From Epiperipatus broadwayi (taxonomy: Eukaryota > Animalia > Onychophora): a DNA stretch of 64,000 nucleotides. The position numbers and the translations under genes are program-made. Under the pieces are notes generated by a model. The model worked only from the letters and a program-made list of their open reading frames with translations, searched no databases and was not told the DNA's origin. This document shows, piece by piece, positions 25,721 through 38,444 of the stretch (position 1 is its first letter; the number at the start of each line of letters is the position of its first letter). Where the stretch lies: contig JAQFVV010000011.1 of NCBI GenBank assembly GCA_028023455.1, forward strand, positions 4,340,001 to 4,404,000, written 5' to 3'.

Positions 25721-28700
25721 TATACTCCAGGGGAATAGAGTATCGAGTTATTAAGAACAATTAGTGAATGTAATGATAGCAAAATTAAATGAAAATTTTT
25801 GTACAACCTGAACTTCTGAAAGTAATGATAACAGATTCATTGCACAGATAAAAGAATATTTCAGGGAAGAGGATATTGAGCATATTATCTTGAAGTTAAG
25901 CAGATTGACAGAAAATACTATTCAACAATTTAAATAGATATTTAAGAAGCATGAAATATATAAAAGATGTATGCACTCTTTGTTATATCAGTATACTATT
26001 CTTATGATGGTTTTTTAAAAAAAACCAATAAAACTGGAACAGCAAACAAGAAAAGCATATTTTTTTGAAAAAAAAATTAAGATAATAGGAGAAAGTTCGG
26101 ATGAGAAATGTATTAAATAAAATTTGACTAAAGGGAATAATTACAAAAAGATTATCCAAAAAAAAAAAGGTTTTGAGTTGACATATAACAGTGTCATATC
26201 ACAGATACTTAATCATCTTTGCAAGCAATATCCTGAGATAAAAATACCCAATAAGGAGAAAAGTAAATAAAAATTCAAACAGCTAACACACACAAAGTAG
26301 TCAATACAACTGAAGGCATAACTAGAATTTTTGGGCACCTATGCAAAATTTCAAAAAAAGACCATTTCTAATCTTTATTATATACTTTTATTACTATCCT
26401 TTAATGATCTACAATTAAAGAATCATTAATAGCTAGAAGCTCAAACACATTGTTTTCATTGGTTTATATCATTTAATAGAACAGATTAATTTATAAAGTT
26501 TAATATAAATAAATTAAATTATATCTTTAAAAAAAAGCAGCATGAAGATTCTTATAGAAATATACAAACTATTATGTAAAATATAATAGGAACAAAATGA
26601 AAAAAAAAAAATTTACAACACTGAATATTAAATTCAAGGATATTAAAAAATTATTATTTAAATATTAAAAAGAAAAAATTGAAAATAGTATTAACAATAA
26701 GTTCATTATGAAAAATAAATTTAAAAACTGATGGGAAAAAAACAAAGAATTAGAAAGAGAAATAATATACATAACACAATGCAAACAAATGACTGTTACT
26801 AATAGCAATTTATAAATTAATAGAATATAAAAATATTTTACCATTGCAGAAATAAATAAATTAGCCACTATATTCAAAAAACAAAACAAAGAGATTTAAA
26901 ATAAGATGAGAAATATAAGAAAAAACAAAAGAAGATGTAAGAAAAAATAAGATGTAAGAATTAGATTTGTTTATAATATTAAAACAAAAATGGCAAGTTT
27001 GTTAGTCAAAAAAAGTTTCTACAAGTTTTTAATAATATAATTAAAAAGCTACATAAATTAACTGCAATCTATAATATTTGCTTTACAAATGATACAGAAT
27101 ATATTTAATTAAAAATATAAATAATCAGTTTAATGATATGTAATAAATAAAATGTACAGAATGAATATATATTTAAAATTTCAAACCATTTATATTTTAA
27201 TTTAACACCAAAATAAAAATATCTTTTAAATAACTGAAAATCATTATATGAAAAACTTTTTTTTTTTCCTTAATAATTGTTTCAAAGTTTTTTATTATTT
27301 TTTCAATACATTTTATAAAATTTTCATTTTTGGATATAATTCATAGTTGTGTAAATTTAAAAAAATGATTTGTTTTTTTATCATAATAGCTTTTCTTTTA
27401 ATTAAGGAAATAAGAGAGTATGCCTTTGTATATATATATATAAAGGGCTTTAAGGCATTAGCACATTTACTAACCATGCCATGATATGAATTCAAATCTA
27501 GCTGAAGCTGGAGATAGCTGAGGCTTCTGAACAAATTTGTGTTTTTTCCTTCAGCTAGTCAGCCCCACTAACTATCCATTTATTGCTCTATAAATGAATA
27601 TCCAGGAAAAACACGTAAGGAAAATCACAAAACTCTCCTACAACAATGGACTAGCCTGATGAAAGGAACTAGAGATCTTTAATCTTACACTTTTTAACTA
27701 TTTTTATAAGAAATGACTCAAAAATAGGCTTATGAAAAATGTGCAGTACAATCTTTGGTGGATTTTGCCTGCTAAAACTCAATGGACTTCAGTCAGTTGT
27801 GATCAATGGGTCAATCAAAGCTTACTGTTTGTCTTGGATTTAAAACTGTAGACTGTTTGAAATTTTAAATTATTTTTAATAGTATGATAGAAAATAGCTA
27901 GCTGCTCAATGAAATAATGCAATTCAGTGTTCCTCACTGACATAAACCATAGCCAGGCATCATGGATATGTTTGAAAGTACCATCTGATACTCATTAAAT
28001 TGCTAACATTTTAATAGATAGCTCTAGAATAGTGACATGGTGAACTGCTAATACAAGACTTATATGGTGTATTGAGCATATTTTATGCCGAAAAAACAGT
28101 TTGGCTTTGAAGAACTATGAAGCAAAAGATTTGGTGGGAATGATGAGAATACTGATGAGATGGATTGGATTGTTTTGTTGGATGTTATAGGAATGGAAGG
28201 TACGGATTGGAACGAGAGATTTGTGAGATTAGTCTTCTTATACAATGAATAAATATGGGGAAAGTGTCAAACAAGGAGTGTTTTCTATCTTGTGTTTTGT
28301 ATTGCCCTGAATTAAGTTAGCTTGCTCTGGGAATGTTATAGCATCAATTTTTCAGGTAAATCCAAAAATGAACTTGCTTAAATTTTGGTGGGATTGGTGA
28401 AGTTTAGAAAAAAAATTAGATGAAAAATCAATACGTCAAAGTTTAGAACAATGAAAGCGAGTTAAAGGAATTGACAATTAGGAAATGAGGTAGTGCTAAA
28501 TATCTTTAGGATGCCATTTTGTTGAAAGAATGTAATTTGTAACATAATTTTTTTAAGAAAAATTATAGGACAAAAATTGGATTGAGTAAATAATGGAGAC
28601 AGAAAAATTATAAGAAATATGTTGGGCTTATGGAAGATGACGATAGATTGATCTGGAGAAAAGAACTAGCTATAGATGTCTAAAAATTAGCAAAATGGGC

Positions 28701-28894
28701 AGAAAGATTTGCGAGAGGCTGAAAAATATTTCATAAAATGAAAATTTTATAAAATATATGATATATACATAACTTTGCTACTGACCTTTTAATCTTTTAA
28801 AAGCTAAAAATAAATCATTATGCTAGCTATACAGTTATAAAGATTATTTATTTTCCCCAACTTTGCAACTAAAACCTCTATTCAAAGTTATGCA

Positions 28895-29020
28895 CAAATA
28901 GTTATTCTGAAGAGAAAACAGATGATATATTTCTTCCTCTTCAAATAAGGGGGAATGAACAAATAGTTATTCTGAAGAGAAAACAGATGATATAATTCTT
29001 CCTCTTCAAATAAGGGGGAA
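28895..29020. repeat. 65-bp tandem duplication just downstream of the LCMT1 stop
   Basis: CAAATAGTTATTCTGAAGAGAAAACAGATGATATA(T/A)TTCTTCCTCTTCAAATAAGGGGGAA, two copies. Confidence 0.9.
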
Positions 29021-29273
29021 AGAGTAAACTAATTTGCATCTCTATTTTTAAAATATAAACAATTTTGTTTTTGATTTCTCAAATTCATAAAAATTTCTTT
29101 ATCAACAGTGATAAAATTGGAATTTTTTATATTGAAACTGTCTCGTCACATAATAAATATATATGAAACATAATCAGATTCAATCGCATTTCCAAAATGA
29201 AACAAATATCTATACAGACACATTAATGTATAAAATAATGAATGTTGAATGGTACAACCCTAGATCGGATACT

Positions 29274-29397
29274 TTAACTAAATGAAATTGATGCCAATCC
29301 TAGATTGCTTTTGTCTACATATGCCCAGCTTATGCAATAATGTTGAAAAAGTTGTTGCATTAATTCTCGTTCATCCAAAAATTCCAGTTTTTCTATC
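29274..29397 (-). CDS. LCMT1: LCMT1 terminal coding exon
   Basis: ttctag|GATAGAA...AGTTAA on -. Encodes (R)IEKLEFLDERELMQQLFQHYCISWAYVDKSNLGLASISFS*, matching the LCMT1 C-terminus (LEFLDExELxxQLxxHYC). Confidence 0.95.
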
Positions 29398-30659
29398 CTA
29401 GAACACAAAAGAAAAATTTTAGTACTTAACTTTCAAATGCCTTTACTATAATAAAGTAATGAAGTATTTAAATATAGCATTATTTAATTATTAAACATTA
29501 AAAGATCTTGCATTTAAAGTTTTTGTTAAATCAATCATCTTAATCCAATTATTACAATAAATCACATATATATAAATAAACTCAAGAAAAGCGATGCACT
29601 CTCAAACTTTTCAGAAGTCACCAAGAAGGCTTTCAATATCTTTGTACTATACTTATGGCTAGCCAAGCTTACTTGGCAACTTGGATAGTTTTAAAGTACA
29701 TTTTACCTTTCTTGAATTTATTTATTTAGTTAGAGTGGTTCAATATTTATTATACACATAAATAAGCGTCAACGACTGTTCTGATATAAACATTTGTGTG
29801 AATGTGATGTTCGTGTGAATATGTACAAATAAAAAAAATACCCATGGAATTACAATTTTATCGTATTCCTATTCTCATAAACAAAACTATTATATATCCG
29901 CTTTTATAAATTACATTTATAAAAATGTATTTAGCCAGGAGTAACGATCAGTCTAACTACCATAATAGACTCCATTTATTAAAATAAATAGTTTACACTC
30001 AAATAGAAATATATATTTTTAAGAGGGCAGTCAAAAAACTACTAACTAAAACTAAGCCAATTGCAGAAAAGCTTGAAAATTGTCAATTTGGAAAATAAAA
30101 TTTCCACTATAAATATATGTAACTATTATAGTATAAATCACTAAAACTTATAGTAAATATCTCTAGAGTAGAGCAAAGAGAACTAATCTGGGAATTTTTT
30201 TTTTTAATTGCTAAGTATCTATTCGAAAAAAATATCACATGGAAAAAAAAAGAAGTTGATGAGAACAATCTGATGTGTAATATCACATTAAAAAAACAAA
30301 TAGCAATTCCAAAAAAAAATGTCAATAAGGTGTTTATAAACACTCTATCTGTAATAATAATATATTTTGTCTGTCCAGTGTTTACACTTTTTCAGCTATT
30401 GTTCAGATATAAGAATCTGCACGAGAATTCTAGTAATAACTTAAACAAAAATTGTGAACAATGTTTTCAAAATATTGTATAATGATGCATAAAATTAAAA
30501 TTTTTCCTATTATAATTTTGTATTTTTTTTACTAGCACTTTGTATTGTATTTTTATCTTCTGTCTCTACTATACATCTTTACTTTGTTAATTTCATTTCT
30601 TTTTTGCTGTTATAACTATGGGTACAAGTCAATTTTTATATTTCATTTGGTCTCTCTTT

Positions 30660-30915
30660 GACAAAATTTATTTTTGTTTCAAAATCATCTCCCTCCCATG
30701 GTTGCCATTTTTAATTATGGCGAAAAATGCTGTGATTTTAACTTTCAATTCTATCTTAGCAAAAATCAAAGTAACTTTTTGTTACTCTCTTTGTATCTCT
30801 TTTTTTTTTTAATCTCTTTTACTTAAAAAAATATATATAACCTCTGTTATCTCTTTTAAGAAATTTAATAAGTTTACTTCTAAATTATCAATACTAATTG
30901 TACAAATACTGTACA
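30660..30915 (+). repeat. Dispersed repeat with a second same-orientation copy at about 36225-36440
   Basis: Shared blocks such as ATTTATTTTTGTTTCAAAATC, GTGATTTTAACTTTCAA and AAAGTAACTTTTTGTTA, about 80% identical by eye. Confidence 0.7.
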
Positions 30916-30963
30916 ATACTTCTGGTCAACGAGAATAAAATAGTGTTTAACCTTGTTTTTATT

Positions 30964-31550
30964 AAACAGGCAAAACTCTCCATACAGTAGTGCCACCCTG
31001 TGCCAACTAGAGTAATCAATGGATGCCAGAAGGCTTGTGCATAAAATGCCCATATAGTGTCTACTCATCCAATATTCCCAGACTAGTTTCTGGCTTGTAG
31101 TCTTCGTCAGTTAGGAGCCTTGGATCTGAGAGCACTGCAACTAGATCTTAGGATCTAATGCACCCTCCAGCAACCACCTTTTATCTCTACTTAACTACAA
31201 AACTATGATAATGAAAACAATAATATTTTCAATCTAAGCTCAATAGCTTATATAGTCATATGGGTCTGAACTTAGTTCAGCACTCATACATTTTGGTGTC
31301 TTTGACTCTTTAACAACCATAGCCAACACTATCCTATTAGGCAGGATTGGTGTTAACCCACTAAACATCACATGATCACTATCTCTTATGCTAACACATA
31401 ACTGTTATTAAACAGGCAAAACTCTCCATACAGCAGTGCCACCCTTCTGGCATCCATTGATTACTCTGGTTGGCACAGGGTGGCACTACTGTGTGGAGAG
31501 TTTTGCCTGTTTAATAAGTTATGTGCTACATAAGAGATAGTGATCATGTG
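30964..31550 (-). mobile_element. Family A element with hammerhead (31078-31113, -) and terminal fold-back
   Basis: Minus strand CTGACGA-A-GACT aca AGCC-A-GAAA-CTAG-TC. Roughly 75-bp inverted arms at about 31369-31550. 12-bp TSD CTTGTTTTTATT (30952-30963, 31551-31562). Confidence 0.85.
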
Positions 31551-31792
31551 CTTGTTTTTATTCTTAATAACCTTTAACTTCTCAATTAATCACACTAATA
31601 CTGAATTACTATTTAGTCTTATTTAATAATGTACATCCAAGGTCTTCAGGGTTTAAATCTGACCAGTTTATTCTACAATGCTAGCTGTTTGGATAATTTG
31701 TTCTATAAGGCCTTAATGCCTTTGTACTGTATGTTCTCTCCCTTTTGTTCGCGAGTATAAACGTATTGGACCGTTCTCTCTAACTATTTTAT

Positions 31793-32083
31793 ATGGGTCG
31801 GTAAGACTGCTTAGATACTAGACAGTTTTGAATGGGATTACCTAGCCCAATCTGAATGTTCCCCTACCTATAAATGAATTCTTAAACAGGTTCCATAATA
31901 AAGAAATTTTTTCAATGTTAGACCTGACAGCCAGTTATTGGCAGTTTAACCCCCACCCAGCTGACTGCAAGTATATGGCTTTCAGATATAACGGTATATC
32001 TTACCAGTTTAACAGAATGTCGTTTGGTTTAAAGAACAGTGGGGCAGGGTTTTGAAGTGCCTGGACAGAGTACTATCTCCAGA
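31793..32083 (+). repeat. Inverted duplicate of the Gypsy RT segment at 34319-34610
   Basis: About 290 bp near-identical to the reverse complement of 34319-34610 (ATGGGTCGGTAAGACTGC...TACTATCTCCAGA). Confidence 0.92.
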
Positions 32084-32089
32084 TAGCCT

Positions 32090-35000
32090 TCTCTATTTGG
32101 CTAACTGGGTTAACTAATCCATACCTTGCCTTCCTCTTTTCTGAAACTGTCAGCTTTTGGACCTTTCCTGTTTGCTTGTGCTTGCTGCATGCTTTATCCT
32201 CAATGTTGCCTTCCTCTGAACCGTCTCTTTATAGATACATTTGGGGGTGAATGGTAACCTGGCTTTGTACAATCTTGGCACAGGTTGTTGGAACTGTAGT
32301 TGAATAGGTGCAAAACCTGTGGACTCATTCTCCATCCCTATCCAAATTGATGTAATTAACCACCCATGACAACTGTTGCACCCACTCCTTATGATTCAAT
32401 GATGTATACATTCGAAAAAGCCGTCCTAACTCTCTCATCACCCATTCACACAAGTTTGACTGAGAATTACGAATAGCCAACAATTTGTGCTGTATTTCCG
32501 TTCCCTCTATCCACTCCATTCAGTTGATATGAAAGGATTCCCATGGTCAGATAAAACCATCCTCAGTTTACCTACTTTAGGGAAAATGTTCAATATTCGT
32601 ATGGTGTTTCTTGCATTAGCTTGCGATATGGGGTATGCAGATACTCATTTTGAAAAACCATCCTAAACTATTAATAAGTGTGTCATCCTCTGGAACCTAG
32701 GTAGTGGCTCATAAAAATCAATAGCTACCAGGTCATTTGCTTTTTCAGGAATTATGAGGTTCAATGTACCTGCGTATGATCTGTTGGCAAGCTTTGTCTT
32801 CTGGCACATTTCACATCCTTTTAATATGTTGCTATCTGATACCGCATACCTGGCCAGTAAAACCACGTTTCAAGTCTTTTAACTTTGTGAACTCTATAGT
32901 GGCCATATATATAGTAAGTATGCATAGTTATCTCGTAAGCTCTTAGGCACTATCATTCTCCATGTTTCCTCCTTTATATCTGTTAAGAACCACAACACTC
33001 TCTCTCTCAAACAATACCTTCTATTTTTTTTCAAAGTAACTTTCCGTTGACCCATCTTCACTTTTCTTTTCTCTCTAGACTATCTATAATTCTCTGGTAT
33101 CTGGAGTCTTGTTTCTGTTTATTATCTAAGTGTCTAAGTTTGACTTCAACAGATGTATCTATTTCCATGCCTACTGCTGCCAGACTTATGTCTTCCATCT
33201 GCAAATGTAGTGGATTGTAACTTAAAACATCTGCCACCACATTCTCTGTTCCCTTACAATATTCTATAGAAAATTTGAATTCTTGAAGAAAAAGGCTCCA
33301 ATGAATTAACCTACTATTGGTCAGATAGCTATGGTTAAGGAATTCCAGATTTTTGTGATCGGTTCTATTACCTCCAACCTTATCAGAAATTGCCGAAATC
33401 TCTGGAATGCCCATATCATGACTAACGCCTCCTCACAGTAATTTATTTCTGGCCCCCTTTAGGGTCTGATAATGAAATATTATGCCTCGGCTATCATCTT
33501 TCTGAGTTGGCATCGGTGCTGCAGTTTTTTTAAAGTCAGGGTAGACCAACATCACCTGGCTCAAAAAATTTTTCCTAGATGTCTTTGAACTCCATGCTTG
33601 TCCATCTATTACCAGGGAGTATTTTTTCATAATAAAAATTCAGCAAAGGCTCCATATCTGTTGCAAAGTTCTGGTAAAATTTACTATAAAAATTACATAG
33701 CCCTAGGAATTATGTAACATCTCTTATTAACCGAAATCTCTGGAATGCCCATACTACGACTAACGCCTGCTTCTCTATTACAGAGTAATTGATTCTGGCC
33801 CCCTTAAGGATCTGATAGTGAAATATATTATGCCTTGGCTATCATCTTCTGAGTTTGCATCAGTGCTGCACTGTTTTTTTAAAGTCAGGATAGATCAACA
33901 TTACCTGGTTCAAAAATTACTCCTTGATGTCTTTGAATATGACTCCATGCTTGTCCATCCATTACCATGGAGTATTTTTTCATAATAAAAATTCAGCAAA
34001 GGCTCCATATCTGTTGCAAAGTTCTGGTAAAAGTTACTATAAAAATTACATAGCCCTAAGAATGATGTAACCTCTCTTTTTGACCTAAGGGCTGAGTATT
34101 CCCTAATACTTGTATTTTATCAGGACGGGGCTTAATCCCTTTTCTGCTGATCAAATGTCCTAAAAAACTTACTTCCATTGCAGATATACAACTTTTTTGT
34201 AAATTTGAATGCTCGTCCTCGCATTCTTGTAAAAACATTCAGAGATGTCTTAAATGCTCTCTTGGGCTTTTGGATGCAATGATAACATCATCCATATAAA
34301 TGGTAACCAAACTTTATTTCTGGAGATAGTACTCTGTCCAGGCACTTCAAAACCCTGCCCCACTGTTTTTTAAACCAAACGACATTCTGTTAAACTGGTA
34401 GGATATACCATTATATCTGAAAGCCATATACTTGCAGTCAGCTGGGTGGGGGTTAAACTGCCAAATAACTGGCTGTCAGGTCTAACATTGAAAAAATTTC
34501 TTTATTATGGAACCTGTTCAATAATTCATTTATAGGTAGGGGAACATTCTGATTGGGCTAGGTAATCCCATTCAAAACTGTCTAGTATCTAAGCAGTCTT
34601 ACCGACCCATCTTTTTTTCTTTACTGTCACTAACGGATTGTTATATGGTGATAGTCCCTTCATTATAATCCCCCATTCCTCCATTTGTGATATTTTTTTC
34701 CAGCCAGTTCTATATCGGTGAGGTACTGGGTAAGATCATGCATAATGTGGTGTGCCATAGATATTATTAATTTGGTGCTCCTACTCCTTAATTATCCCCG
34801 GCCTATCCAAAAAATTTGCGCTATATCTCTAATAATTCTTTCAAAGCTTTTTCCCATTCCCTTCTATCTGTTTTCCCCTTGCTCCATATCTCAGCTTGGG
34901 TCCTCTCTGTCTTATGTTGGATACTACATACTTCTCTCTGCAATGTTTTCTTTTGATCTAAACTCGACTATTTCTTCACATGTGATATTGCCTTCTTCTA

Positions 35001-35300
35001 TCGCCATGGCCTCATTGTTTCTTTTACTTCTTAATTCCATAAACTTCTATTTCTATCTCCTATATCTTGCTTAGTTTCTATTTTTTTATTATTTATATTT
35101 CACTAACACATTTGCTGACATCCTTCCTCCATTAACACTTTACCTTCCGAGCTACTTTATTTCCCATCATTTTGCCAACTCTTTTTCCCCTACCTACATA
35201 TGTGATTTTTTTTTTTTTCGAAACATTTATAGTCAAAAATTTCTTTTATAATTCCTATTCTTATCTCATGTTCTGGGTCACTATTATAGCTCACATGCAT
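32090..35300 (-). mobile_element. Decayed Ty3/Gypsy pol (RT-RNaseH-integrase)
   Basis: Relics SPYNNPLVTVKKKDGSVRL (RT), FLGHLIS, FLGLCNFY, TDHKNLEFL...WSLFLQEFKFSIEYCKGTENVVADVLS (RNase H), GCEMCQK...DLVAIDFYEPLP and ESTGFAP (integrase). Many stops, outer boundaries approximate. Confidence 0.9.
33393..34077. repeat. Roughly 340-bp tandem duplication inside the Gypsy RT/RNaseH junction
   Basis: CCGAAATCTCTGGAATGCCCATA...GCCCTA(G/A)GAAT occurs at 33393-33730 and 33731-34077. Confidence 0.9.
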
Positions 35301-37902
35301 CCACATTGAATGACATTGTACCATCCAGTCGTATATCTTAGGGTTTATACATTTTATGTTTGGTATTCAGTAACCAAATTATGTTCGATTTGCTAATTCC
35401 GTAATTAGAATGTCAGATAATTTTATTGAATGCAATTATTTTTCCTGGTCACACAACACCACTTAATATAATTGAACTTGAATAATAGTGAAGAGAACCA
35501 GTTTTCAATTTATTTAGTTACTATTATCAAATTATTTGGCACACCCGAAGGATTGTATTTTCTAATACAACATTGGCAATTTTTCAGTAAAGTAATAATG
35601 GTTGAATTTAAATAATTTTATCCTATTAATAACTAACAAATAGACAACAACATAAGTTATATTCAAGTTTATTAATTCATAATCAAAATTAAATGGTTAT
35701 TAAAAATTACTGATCTTAAGATTTAGATTTTTAACAGCCGATTCAAATACATCATTGGTGTCATTATAGTGAAAAAGAAAGCGATCACTTCTAATTTATG
35801 CAACAAAGTTTCTTGCCGGTAAGTTTAATTGTTCACGTATAGTATTGGGTAGTTTACCATACCTGGATTTGTCCTGGGAGGGATCCACTATACACTCTTG
35901 TAGGTAGTACGGGGTTCAAGATTCAGGTAGGCAATGGCTTCACACGGAATTATTATGACTTCAGGAAGGAAGAAAGCATCGGCAAACGAACTCTTCTCTA
36001 TTCATGCATATTACAACGATTCTGTCTGTTGGCGAGAGTAGCTTGCAGCATTTTTTATGACCTCGCAGAGAAAATTAATTTATATCAAATGGCTATTTCA
36101 GGTCACATATAACACCAGGCAAATGAAAACAAAGATTCTAAGATGGCCGATGCACGTATTTGCTTTTTATAGTCTTCCTGATTTTTAGTCTGTTGTGCAC
36201 ATCCTGTTGACACCTGTTAACTTTGATAAAATTTAATTTATTTTTGTTTCAAAATCCATCTTTTCCCCCCCCTTTTGATCACCATCTTTAATTACTGTGA
36301 AAAATGTTGTGATTTTAACTTTCAAGTATTATCTTAGAAAAATTAAAGTAACTTTTTGTTATTCTCTTTATATCTTTTTTAAGAAAGTTAATAATTTTAC
36401 TTCTAAATTACCAATGCTGATTATACAAATACTGTCCAATATATATATGTACAAAAAAAATTATCTCTTTATTTTGCTATTCAATTCCATTTCAGATTTG
36501 TACTATTGTTGATTATAATTTACTTTATATGTTACTAGTTATCTTTTAATATTTTTCTCCATTCTCTCTAAAACGTATTTATTTTTTATTTCCATTAATT
36601 GATTATCGCATCCCAGTTCCATATTTTGATTTATTTTTTTACCAACATTTTGACTTTCATACCATCACTCAGTAGGTAGATATGCTCTGGATGTAATTGA
36701 AGGGGAAATAGAATAACAGACTTCTTTTTTAATGGTAAAATTAAAAACAAATTTTAAATGTTTGAAAGATTACTGGGCAAAAAACACCTTCAATATGCAA
36801 GTTATTAGGTAGACAATTTATTTTTATGTATTTATGAAGGAAATGAAATAAATGTATAGAGAATACAAAGTAAATTGTGACAGATGGGAAATGAGAATAG
36901 ATTAAATAAATTGATTAGAGAAAAAAAAACAGTTTGAAATTATACAAGAGCAAAAAAAGTACATAAATATGAAAGGAAGTAAAACAATATGAAAGGAAGC
37001 TAGTTGCTAATTAAGAACGAGTTTTAGAACCAGAAAAAAAGAGGCAAAAATGGAAAAAAATATTTGGACGACAGATGTGATTTATGTGAAGATGAGATTG
37101 ACTATAGTAGACATTTATTTTTGGAATGTAGTTATATTGAAAGAGATCAGGATAAATTGTATGGAGATGGGAGAAATTTAAAGATAAGAAAAGAGATTTT
37201 ATAAATTTTTTTTCAGATCTTTGTATCAAAAATGGAGATAATGAAACTAACAAAACAGCTGTTTTTAAAATAGAATAGAAGAAAAAGGGGTAAATTAGAG
37301 CTAGAAGAATAATTTGCTAATAAGGAATAAGAAGTAGATAAGTTTATTTTAAGTGCAATAGTTTGAGGAGTTAATATTTAACTTAGCTAACAGAATTTCT
37401 GGACATATTGCCCCTGCATCAAAACGTTTGACTTCATCTAAAGAAAAGCCATAATTTATTACTTCATATCACCACTTGTGTTTACAATATTGTATTAAGT
37501 GATGGGTTGACATTAATATTCCCAGCAAGATATAAAATGTGCCTATAAATTAGAAGAGAACTGCAGTTGCTAAAATAAATAACATACCTGACATTAGAAC
37601 ATAAGCAAGGTGTAGTTTGAATTCAAAACTTTAGTCTTTTGAATTACAGATTATTAGCACAGTAATCCAAAAATGATTGAAAGGTAGTTGTCAGATATAT
37701 ATCTGCAGTGGTTCCAGCTTTGAATCCTAAGTTTTCAGTGATAAAAATTTAAGCCAAAAGCAGACTTAGAAAGAAGAGTCAAACTGCAATATCATCAGTT
37801 AAATCACTAATATCTAAATCCTACAATAGATGATAGGAGAGAAAAGAAAACTGTTTTTGTTTATAAAACTATAGTAAGTTAAAAGAATCAGGTGATATTG
37901 TG

Positions 37903-38444
37903 CAATATTCCTGTAGTGTAATTTTCATTACATTACTCCCATGCAAGTAGGGAATATTTTCTATCCATTTTTAACATCTTGTGGAGGGATGTAGTCATAA
38001 ACAGGCGATTAAAGATATGTGAAAAAAGATCTATGATCTCCAAGATGTGCTGGCCAACTGATGAGTGCTGATCACAGATCTTTTTCATGTCTTTGATCAT
38101 ACGTTATAATTATTTATGTTAAAGTTGTGAGGGCTGCACATCTGACACATTAATTAAATTGTAGTAATTTGCTATTAATATATATATACTAAACAGTGAT
38201 AAAGATATGTATAAGAGATGTGATCTGGGTAACTGATGAGTGCTAAATGTGCATCTTGGGGATCACAGATCTTTTTCATACCTTTGATCATATGCTTATG
38301 AGTGCAGGCCCTCCACAAAGTGTTAAAAGTGGATAGAAAACATTCCCTCTCTTGTGTGAAAGTGGTATAATGAAAATTACACTGCAGAAATATTATTCAT
38401 TATTGGATAATCTCTAGTCTAATGAGTGACTAATAAAAATTATT
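37903..38444. mobile_element. Family B element with inverted arm and two partly deleted hammerheads
   Basis: Homologous to 18493-19045. AACTGATGAGTGCT at about 38056 and 38231, both with stem II deletions. 17-bp TSD AATCA(G/A)GTGATATTGTG (37886-37902, 38445-38461). Confidence 0.75.

Noticed and set aside
28895-29020. Tandem CTGAAGA-containing units as a double hammerhead
   Set aside because: No stem II followed by GAAA and UH in register on either strand.
35530-35560. TGGCACACCCGAAG as the Gypsy primer-binding site
   Set aside because: It is on the strand opposite to the pol relic and no adjacent LTR end could be defined.
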